A stretch of 15,871 bases of DNA, taken from the NCBI GenBank assembly GCA_016930515.1, contig JAFGGO010000030.1:1-15871 (forward strand), written 5' to 3'. The DNA is from Promethearchaeota archaeon (GTDB lineage Archaea > Asgardarchaeota > Lokiarchaeia > Sigyniarchaeales > SOKP01). The notes beneath the pieces are model-generated. The model made no database searches. It was not told where the DNA came from and worked only from the letters and a program-made list of their open reading frames with translations. Position 1 is the stretch's first letter. Each line of letters starts with the position of its first letter. The position numbers and the translations under genes were made by a program. Shown here one piece after another: positions 8,445 through 15,319 of this stretch.

Positions 8445-8873
8445 ATGCTAGATAATGATGTTTTTTCTGAACTGAAGGATAAAAATAACACGTGTATGTT
8501 AGGTGGTCTGGGGGATGTTGAACTTTTTGTTGATTTATTGGATGCTCTCGAGCGAGATTACGGAATCGTTCCTAAAAAATATGTGCTTATTACTAGCCCT
8601 GAAATACACGAAAAATTTAAAAAAGGAGATCTAAATCTTGATAAGGTACGCAGCGAAATTTACGAGTTTGACTTTCAAACAGTTTTAAGAGAAGATATCC
8701 AGAAACTCAAGATCGTTTTTAAGGATATTATTGATAAAATTGAGAAAAACCACGAGATCATCTGCGACATCACGGGAGGGACTAAACCCGTATCTATTGC
8801 TTTAATGTCTATTGCAACTGAAAAAAAATTGCTTAAAATTTACTTTAGCGGACGGCATTTTATAAAGATATAG
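8445..8873 (+). CDS. stand-alone minimal CARF-domain protein, paralog of the CARF half of the 7538-8176 product
   Basis: 142 aa. It aligns along its whole length with residues ~85-212 of the neighbouring wHTH-CARF protein. Shared blocks are GGLG, PKKY.L.TSPE, FKK, LRE, EIIC.(I/L)TGGTKPVS.AL and YFSG, about 35-45 percent identity by eye. It has no DNA-binding or effector domain. An alternative start at the internal Met (MLGGLG) is possible. Confidence 0.65.
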   Translation: MLDNDVFSELKDKNNTCMLGGLGDVELFVDLLDALERDYGIVPKKYVLITSPEIHEKFKKGDLNLDKVRSEIYEFDFQTVLREDIQKLKIVFKDIIDKIEKNHEIICDITGGTKPVSIALMSIATEKKLLKIYFSGRHFIKI

Positions 8874-9095
8874 TATATTTCAAAATTACATGCGATATTG
8901 CAAGATTTAAATAAGGTGAAAATAATCCTCTTCAATAACTTGGATAATATTATCATTTAAATATTAGAATAAGGGAAAAATTTTGGATCCTAAAAAAATT
9001 TTCATAACTACAATAAGAATATATAGTTATAAAATACTGGATAAAAATATAACCACATAAATTAAAAGATATAAATCTAAATGGTTAATTAACTC

Positions 9096-11201
9096 ATGAT
9101 AACTTGGATAACTACGGTCGGATGGAGCCCGTTTGCCGTCATTAATCCCATCTGGGCGTATTGTAAGGATAAAGGGCGATTTCCCTCACGAATAAAGCTA
9201 TTGCACACCTCGCATATTAAGATTTTGGAAAACTTAGATATCTGCAAGAAAAATATTTTTAAAATCTTAAAATCTTATTCGAACGATCGGAATTTTCAAC
9301 CGCAAATCGATTCCTGCCCAGTGAAAAGCGAAGATATTGAAATATATACCGAAGCTCTCAAGGATGTTGTCAATTCGGTCATCAAGTTAGGAGACTCGGA
9401 ATTGATCATTCTCGACATGACGCCTGGAAGGAAATACATGTCGGCTAAAGTCATGCATGTGGGCGAGCAGGTAAATTCAATAGAAAATCCTGTTCAAGTT
9501 TTTTACCTCGCCTTGGAAGACTTGACTTACATGAATTCGACATATCCGACAATACCCTTATTTACTCAGGGCCTCAACAACATCTTGGAAGACGCCGATT
9601 TCCAGATGCAAACGCCTCCAGATCCCCAGGTACAACTGAACGATCTGATCAATCAAGTACTTAACACTAATTCGTTAAGAATGATAAACAATCCCGAAAA
9701 ACAACTGGAAATATTCGTACTTTCTGCTCTCGCTCTTGGATACGATACAATCACGAGGTTAAGCAGGTTTGCCAGGGAAAATCACCTAAATTACAATAGA
9801 AACGATATTAATAACACGGTAAGAAGGCTCGGAATCATGGAAGGATATCTTTACGAGAGCGTGCGAATTTCAAACGACACAACAGTAGACATCATCATCG
9901 TTACTCCTGAAGGTATCGAATATTTAAGAGAGATCCTTGAAGAACTTCTCACCGATCATCCTCCAGAAGCCCTTGTTAACGTGAATCGTCAGCCTCACAC
10001 GAGTCTTGACGAATTGAGTCTGCAAAACATCTACATGCAAGCCGAAAATAAAAATAAGAAATACATCGATTTAGAAGTAGACAAGCTCGTCGTTTTTCTG
10101 AACGAACTTTACTCTCATAACCTTAGAACCTTTCACGTGGTCGATTGTTATTATGGTATCAACTTGTTAAGGGTTGATCTCGAGCTAGGCAAGGACGAAA
10201 TCAATCTCCGATTTGAAAATTCCCTTAGATCCCTCCCGGATAAAAAAGGGCAAAAAAAATGTCTTGAAGATCTGCGTAGGAATGTTTCAAACATTCCGGG
10301 CATCGTGTTCAAGGAAATACCCTATAAAAACCAATTTCTGGACGCGATACGAAAATCTGGAGTGTTTTTTAACGAGACCTGCATGGAACAATTCAAGCAG
10401 AAACTCGATCAAATCGTCAATTCAAACCCGATTAGAGGCGATAGGTATAAAGTGTTTAGTTTCGACACGTGTACCTTTTCGAACCAGACTTTCTCTCATC
10501 TCTACAAATATTACACGAGCCACCCGATTTACGGTAATAAAATCAACCGATTAGACTTTTTGGTTTCAAAAGGAGTTATTGACGAATTATCCGATTTTGA
10601 AAACAAGTATGGAAATAAAGAATTTCACGATTTTCTCGACTACTTGACCAAGATCGCCTCTTTCCCAAAGATCGTGGAACAATTTAAAAATCAAAGCACG
10701 CTTCAAGCGAGATTAACCAAGTTAGGGCGATGCGACTACTTGAAGACGAAATCGCTTGCAAACGTGAGAGAGATAGAGATTGGTGGTGAAGAGTCCCTCC
10801 ACATGGACAGTCGCATCATTAGTGGCCTGCAAACCGAAGTTCAACGATTAAATAATATTGATTTATACTTGTGCTCGCACGACGATAACTTTTACGGTCG
10901 CGCAACAGGATTTGCGGGCGTTTCACCTCACTTATTTCTATACAAAAACGTACTTCACAAGAAAGAACAAAATTTCTCGATTAAAACAAGCTGGGACACT
11001 TTTTCAAGAATCCTCTATTATTTAGCAGTTACCTTCGGAGCTATCATACTAAACGTTGACAGTAAAGACAAGTTCGTGTTATTTGGAACTTGGCCTGGAC
11101 ATAAAACCCAAGATTGGCAACGGGAACGCACGCGGATCTATTCGGAGAATTCGATCCTGAAAAACATGGTTCGAGATATGAAAATTATCAATTCAGACTA
11201 A
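9096..11201 (+). CDS. CARF-wHTH-(unknown)-PIN-like multidomain protein, a candidate cOA-regulated nuclease
   Basis: 701 aa. Residues 1-~165 carry a Csm6/NE0113-type CARF signature (ITTVGWSPFAVINPIWAY and ILDMTPGRKYMS). Residues ~200-285 look like a MarR/Csa3-type wHTH (EIFVLSALALGYDTITRLSRFA...NNTVRRLGIMEGYLYE). Residues ~450-612 have acidic residues in PIN order and context: VFSFD(457)TCTF, GVIDE(497)LSDF, SLHMD(571)SRIISGL and LYLCSHDD(596/597)NFYG. Residues ~300-450 and ~615-701 are unassigned. Confidence 0.7.
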   Translation: MITWITTVGWSPFAVINPIWAYCKDKGRFPSRIKLLHTSHIKILENLDICKKNIFKILKSYSNDRNFQPQIDSCPVKSEDIEIYTEALKDVVNSVIKLGDSELIILDMTPGRKYMSAKVMHVGEQVNSIENPVQVFYLALEDLTYMNSTYPTIPLFTQGLNNILEDADFQMQTPPDPQVQLNDLINQVLNTNSLRMINNPEKQLEIFVLSALALGYDTITRLSRFARENHLNYNRNDINNTVRRLGIMEGYLYESVRISNDTTVDIIIVTPEGIEYLREILEELLTDHPPEALVNVNRQPHTSLDELSLQNIYMQAENKNKKYIDLEVDKLVVFLNELYSHNLRTFHVVDCYYGINLLRVDLELGKDEINLRFENSLRSLPDKKGQKKCLEDLRRNVSNIPGIVFKEIPYKNQFLDAIRKSGVFFNETCMEQFKQKLDQIVNSNPIRGDRYKVFSFDTCTFSNQTFSHLYKYYTSHPIYGNKINRLDFLVSKGVIDELSDFENKYGNKEFHDFLDYLTKIASFPKIVEQFKNQSTLQARLTKLGRCDYLKTKSLANVREIEIGGEESLHMDSRIISGLQTEVQRLNNIDLYLCSHDDNFYGRATGFAGVSPHLFLYKNVLHKKEQNFSIKTSWDTFSRILYYLAVTFGAIILNVDSKDKFVLFGTWPGHKTQDWQRERTRIYSENSILKNMVRDMKIINSD

Positions 11202-11255
11202 AATAAGATTAATAATTTATAGATTGAATATTTCTATTATTTTCTTCATTGATTC

Positions 11256-11558
11256 TTATTTGATCCTTTTTAAAATACCCATTTGATGTTCTTCTGCCAG
11301 CATTTCTTCAATGTTTAAAATCTTTCCCTCGGGAGGTCGATTTTTTAAGCGAAATACCAGCGCTATTTGGCTCGGCTTCATTTTTACCTGTATTCTATTC
11401 GCTTTAATCGGCGTGTTGAGAATAACAGATAGTATTTCTGCCGTTGATTCGTGTCCTACTGCCGAGATTGCTTTCGAAAGGTCTAATGTCATCTTGCTTT
11501 CGTCGAATTCGAAAAACTCGTAGGTACCATAATCCGTGAGGATGGCTGCGTTTAACAC
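11256..11558 (-). CDS. crn2: DUF1874-family ring nuclease (Crn2 / AcrIII-1-like, cA4-degrading)
   Basis: 100 aa with a GTG start. It is collinear with my recollection of the STIV B116 / SIRV1 gp29 family: LNAAIL..., the catalytic-His block SAVGHESTAEILSVIL, then NRIQVKM, ALVFRLKNRPPEGKIL. Size and motif order match the family. Confidence 0.8.
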   Translation of the reverse strand: MLNAAILTDYGTYEFFEFDESKMTLDLSKAISAVGHESTAEILSVILNTPIKANRIQVKMKPSQIALVFRLKNRPPEGKILNIEEMLAEEHQMGILKRIK

Positions 11559-11700
11559 GAAATCAATATTTACTGTTTGCTTGCCCTCATTACTTTTCTT
11601 GTTATTTTTATCAGTTTTAATCGTTTATCACTTTGCAATTTATTTTTTAAAGTATAGAAAAATGATTTATTGGATTGATCCTGACTTGAGATGGATTCGT

Positions 11701-12660
11701 TCAGGATCCGATGAATTTCGTTCTAATCTCTTGGAAATCAAACGGTCTCGTCAGACTGTAAACGCTTCCCGCCCTATAAAAGAAACTTGCTCGTGGAAAA
11801 TGTCCGCACAGTCCGTGCAGTAACACGGTATATATAATCCCAATAGAAGACAAACCCGCAGGGAGGACGGCGTACTTGCCTATTTTTAAATGCCTGAGGA
11901 CTCCTTCTAAATTAATCACATCGTCAATGGTCTTAACGCAAAAATCTTTAACCGTTTCGTGGTAGGTTAGCGGATTGGTAAGATCTAAACTTGGAGTAGC
12001 TCTTGTTACTTTTTTATACCCTTTCCACTGGCTTATCTCGTGAAGTGCCTCGTCGGACAACTCGTGGCGTGCCAGATTAAGAAAGACGAGGTCCTCTTCA
12101 ATGCTCGGCGGTTGATTCACGGGTGTTTGTACATCTCGATAATGGTTTCGAATGGATTGAAGCGTGATTCGAGGTGTTAAATCGTATCCGTTGTCTTTTT
12201 CGTAAAAGAACGACATTATCGGAAAGTGACCCGTCATTCCGTGAAGCATGGTCGTGAACATTATCGCAGTGGAGTTCAATCCTGGCGGAACGATGACGCA
12301 TTTCTGAGTCGCCAAGATTTCGACGAGAGATTCTCGATTTACGAGCCTATCGAGGATTTCAGCGCAATAATCTCCAACCACTTGCATGTAGGAGGCGGGA
12401 TTCGTCAAGTCCAGGGTTGCAGGTTCGATCTCCACGATTTCGATTTTTCCCCATTGAGATATCGTTTTCAGCGCGTCTTCGTTAAATTTACGCCCAGATA
12501 GGTTTACAACGATGACGTCGCACTCCTCGTATTTTTTCTTCTTTTTCCGGTTAAGTAGCTTTTTTCGAGCGGTAATAATTGATTTTACCAAACTTTCAAT
12601 CAACCTAAAAGTAAAGTAATTGTTTATCATGTTTTCCACGGTTTCCTTTTTTATCTTCAT
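11701..12660 (-). CDS. csx15: tandem-duplicated Csx15-like protein (two Csx15 modules fused), CRISPR type III accessory
   Basis: 319 aa. Two homologous modules span residues ~47-176 (nt 12133-12522) and ~189-316 (nt 11713-12096). Both share NL(S/A), DEAL..ISQW, LDLTNP, P.GL(N/S)S, LHG..GHFP..SFFY and LT.P...Q.IR. The pattern matches my recollection of single-domain Csx15 (LNFSHP..., PSLN..., ELHGRMGYFP). A ~45-aa N-terminal helix and Lys-rich linker precede module 1. Confidence 0.6.
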   Translation of the reverse strand: MKIKKETVENMINNYFTFRLIESLVKSIITARKKLLNRKKKKKYEECDVIVVNLSGRKFNEDALKTISQWGKIEIVEIEPATLDLTNPASYMQVVGDYCAEILDRLVNRESLVEILATQKCVIVPPGLNSTAIMFTTMLHGMTGHFPIMSFFYEKDNGYDLTPRITLQSIRNHYRDVQTPVNQPPSIEEDLVFLNLARHELSDEALHEISQWKGYKKVTRATPSLDLTNPLTYHETVKDFCVKTIDDVINLEGVLRHLKIGKYAVLPAGLSSIGIIYTVLLHGLCGHFPRASFFYRAGSVYSLTRPFDFQEIRTKFIGS

Positions 12661-12853
12661 TGGGTTTAAGGTAATGATATGATACTATTAAATTTAAAGG
12701 TTTGTACTCCATCACAAATTCGCGTGCGAAAGTTTATAAAGTTGCATTGATAAATTTAAATTGAAAAAAATTTTTAAGTGATTTAACACGAGTCAAGAAA
12801 TCGAAAAAATCGTTGCAAAACGAGATTGGTGGGACGATATTAATTGGTCCCAG

Positions 12854-13894
12854 ATGGAATTCGTCGTCAGGGAGTTTCAAGAAGAAATATCAAGAGCCTC
12901 GAAGAATAGGAACATGAAGAAGACAAATAAACTCATGAAAGAGCTCGTTCGATCCCCTGAGGCCAAGCTCCTTGCCATCTACAAGATTACCCAAAAAAAC
13001 AAGGGCAAGCATACAGCAGGAAACGACGGCAAGAAATACGAAACGACCGCAGCAAGAATGGACTTGTTTAAAAGGCGTTTTGATTATAGGTGGTACAGGT
13101 TTAATAAAATTCTCGTGAGAGAGATTCCAAAAAAAAACAAAGATAGGAATCGAAAGAAATTTGACGGTAATAACGTCGTAAAAAAGCGCAAGTTAGGAAT
13201 CATGACCCTGAAGGATAGGGTGATGACCAAGATCGTTAGTTTTGCGCTCGTGGCAAAATGGGAACCTTTTCTCGAGTCGAACGTGATGGGCTATCGCGAG
13301 GGAAAGAGTGTTCAAGATTGCATCCATTTGGCCTGCAAGGAGCTGACAAAGGGCAATAAAATCGTATTAGACGCCGATATCAAGAACTTTTTCGAAAACA
13401 TCAATCACGAGGCAGTTTTAAAACACCTGCAGGTGTTTCGAAGGTTTGTCAAGCGCTTGTTAAAAATAAAAGTTGCAACGCCACACAAGAGAGCTCGTAA
13501 AAATCGCAGGGGTATTGTCCAAGGGAGCCCTCTCAGTCCCGTGCTCTCGAACATCGCTTTACACGGCATGCAAGATCTGTTTGACACGCAATTAATCGGA
13601 AATAAACTCGTTAAAGCCGGATCGAAGGTTTCAGTGATCAGATATGCCGACGACTTCGTGGTGTTCGCACCTTCGAGACACGCCATTGAGTCCTGGGTCT
13701 TGCCTAAGATAAAGGATTTCCTGGAACATCGCGGTCTTTCTCTCAACATAGAAAAGACGAAAATCGTCACCAAGGAAGAAGGGTTCACGTTTTTAGGGTA
13801 CACGATCAAGCAAGAAGGCAAGGACCTGTTAGTGTTCCCGGAGAAAAATCCGAAAGCGCGACGGGCAAAAGAAATAATACACCTTGCACTATAG
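12854..13894 (+). CDS. group-II-intron-like reverse transcriptase, CRISPR adaptation-associated, not fused to Cas1, no thumb/X domain
   Basis: 346 aa with RT motifs in order: KGKHTAGNDG, RKLGIMTLKDRVMTKIV, VLDADIKNFFENINHE, RGIVQGSPLSPVLSNIALHGM, IRYADDFVVF, LNIEKTKIV and FTFLGY. The protein stops ~27 aa after FLGY. Homology to group II RT N-termini (W..INW) continues in frame upstream of the ATG to about 12824. Confidence 0.9.
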   Translation: MEFVVREFQEEISRASKNRNMKKTNKLMKELVRSPEAKLLAIYKITQKNKGKHTAGNDGKKYETTAARMDLFKRRFDYRWYRFNKILVREIPKKNKDRNRKKFDGNNVVKKRKLGIMTLKDRVMTKIVSFALVAKWEPFLESNVMGYREGKSVQDCIHLACKELTKGNKIVLDADIKNFFENINHEAVLKHLQVFRRFVKRLLKIKVATPHKRARKNRRGIVQGSPLSPVLSNIALHGMQDLFDTQLIGNKLVKAGSKVSVIRYADDFVVFAPSRHAIESWVLPKIKDFLEHRGLSLNIEKTKIVTKEEGFTFLGYTIKQEGKDLLVFPEKNPKARRAKEIIHLAL

Positions 13895-13938
13895 CGATTT
13901 CAATTGATTAACAAGAGAGTGGAGCGCGAGAAATAACC

Positions 13939-14217
13939 GTGTACATCGTGGCCTACGACATTACTGATAACAAGCGATTGAGAGAGGTCGCAAACACTTG
14001 CCTGCAATACCTCTCGCGGGTTCAAAAGTCCGTGTTCGAGGGAGATTTGACGCCGAGCCAATTGCATTCGCTAAAAAAAGAATTGAAGTCGATCATGGAC
14101 GATAAAACGGATTCCATCTTGTTTTATTTTTTAAAAAATTCCTCAATAAAAAAAAGAATCGTGCTTGGAAAGAGGAAAAACGACCCGTTTTTCATAAAAG
14201 AAGGGGACGAATCGTAA
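13939..14217 (+). CDS. cas2: CRISPR-associated endoribonuclease Cas2
   Basis: 92 aa with a GTG start. It has the canonical Cas2 N-terminus MYIVAYDITDNKRLREV with catalytic Asp, then RVQKSVFEGDLT and DSILFYFL. Confidence 0.9.
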   Translation: MYIVAYDITDNKRLREVANTCLQYLSRVQKSVFEGDLTPSQLHSLKKELKSIMDDKTDSILFYFLKNSSIKKRIVLGKRKNDPFFIKEGDES

Positions 14218-14294
14218 AAGCGTAAAGGATTAGAAATTAAGTGACATGTGAACAAACAAAAAAATTTGAATTCGAAGGGAGAGAGAGATAAAAG

Positions 14295-15305
14295 ATGCAA
14301 AAAACGCTTTACATAACGAGCTCGAAGTTTGAATTGAAAAAGGAAAACGACACGATCAAATACGAGCGAGCAGATCCCGATAACGCGGGAAAAAACATCA
14401 CGCAGGTAATTCCCGTGATGCAACTAGCGTCTATCGAAACCTATGGGAACGTGAAGATCAGCACGCCCCTGTTAAAGCTCTGCAACGAGCTGGGAATACC
14501 CTGCTTTTTTAACACTTATCGAGGGCATCCCATAGGGAAATTCGTGCCCGAAAGACCGAAACCAAGCATCGTGCGGCTCAAGCAGTTCGAAACCCATCTT
14601 GACGAGGAGAGAAAGCTCCACATTGCCAAGGCGATCGTTAGAAAAGCCTGCGAAGAACGGATAAAACTCGTAAATAAATACGACGAGAAGGGAAGCTTGA
14701 AAAAAATTACAGGAGAAATTTCTTCTTTTTTGAAAAAGACTGCGAGCGCCAAAACCACGAACCAACTTCGAGGATTTGAGGGAAACGCCATGAAGGCGTT
14801 TTTCGAGGCTTTTTCAAAAATTCTCAAGCACTTGTCCTTTAACGGCAGGTCCACGCAACCGCCCAAGGACGAGGCGAACGCCCTAATTAGCTTCGGGAAT
14901 GTGATGCTGTACAACAAGGTGCGAGCCGTTCTTTATCGAACCTCGCTCGATCCGTTAGTGGGATTCTTGCACGAACCTCACGAGAATCGAAACTCTCTTG
15001 CGCTTGATATGGCCGAGATCTTCCGTCCAATAACCGTGGATGCCACGATCTTAATGCTCGATCGAAAAAGAAATATTACTTCAGAACATTTTAAGCACGA
15101 TAAAATAAAATGCTTATTAAATCCTGCGGGTAAGCACATATGGATAGAGACATTCAGAAATAAATTAGAATCGTCTTTCGATTACAAACCGCTTAAAAGA
15201 AAGGTTTCTATACAAGAACAAATCAAGATTGAATGCTTTAATCTCATTAAATATTTCAATCGGGAAAAAAGTAATTACGCACCAATTGAATTTAATACCT
15301 TGTAA
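14295..15305 (+). CDS. cas1: CRISPR-associated integrase Cas1
   Basis: 336 aa. Cas1 motifs are LRGFEGNAMKAFF (catalytic Glu), PPKDEANALISFGNVMLY and DPLVGFLHEPHENRNSLALDMAEIFRP (catalytic His and Asp/Glu). A GGGAGAGAGAG purine tract lies upstream of the ATG. Confidence 0.95.
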   Translation: MQKTLYITSSKFELKKENDTIKYERADPDNAGKNITQVIPVMQLASIETYGNVKISTPLLKLCNELGIPCFFNTYRGHPIGKFVPERPKPSIVRLKQFETHLDEERKLHIAKAIVRKACEERIKLVNKYDEKGSLKKITGEISSFLKKTASAKTTNQLRGFEGNAMKAFFEAFSKILKHLSFNGRSTQPPKDEANALISFGNVMLYNKVRAVLYRTSLDPLVGFLHEPHENRNSLALDMAEIFRPITVDATILMLDRKRNITSEHFKHDKIKCLLNPAGKHIWIETFRNKLESSFDYKPLKRKVSIQEQIKIECFNLIKYFNREKSNYAPIEFNTL

Positions 15306-15319
15306 AAATAGAGGATTCT

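Noticed and set aside
8288-8491. 67-aa minus-strand ORF in the divergent spacer between the two CARF paralogs.
   Set aside because: It is a hydrophobic Phe/Ile-rich translation of AT-rich promoter DNA. It overlaps the start of the mini-CARF gene and has no supporting motif.
8935-9111. Exact 13-nt repeat ATAACTTGGATAA at 8935-8947 and 9099-9111. The second copy overlaps the start codon region of the CARF-wHTH-PIN gene, so I considered it as an autoregulatory operator pair.
   Set aside because: In a ~16-kb AT-rich window, one or two exact 13-mer coincidences are expected by chance, and the second copy is coding sequence.
11536-11823. 95-aa plus-strand ORF with a strongly hydrophobic TM-like segment (LPSLLFLLFLSVLIVYHFAIYFL) spanning the crn2-csx15 gap.
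   Set aside because: Both of its ends overlap well-supported minus-strand genes. The hydrophobic stretch is what a T-rich strand yields by default. A small membrane peptide cannot be excluded, but the sequence alone does not support one.
10213-14917. Other internal or antisense ORFs: 10213-10554, 11311-11523, 12098-12301, 12226-12501, 13405-13821, 14124-14423, 14472-14765, 14516-14917 and 15229-15423.
   Set aside because: Each is nested in or antisense to a gene with strong family motifs (CARF-PIN, crn2, csx15, RT, cas2/cas1, cas1/cas4), and none has a recognisable motif of its own.
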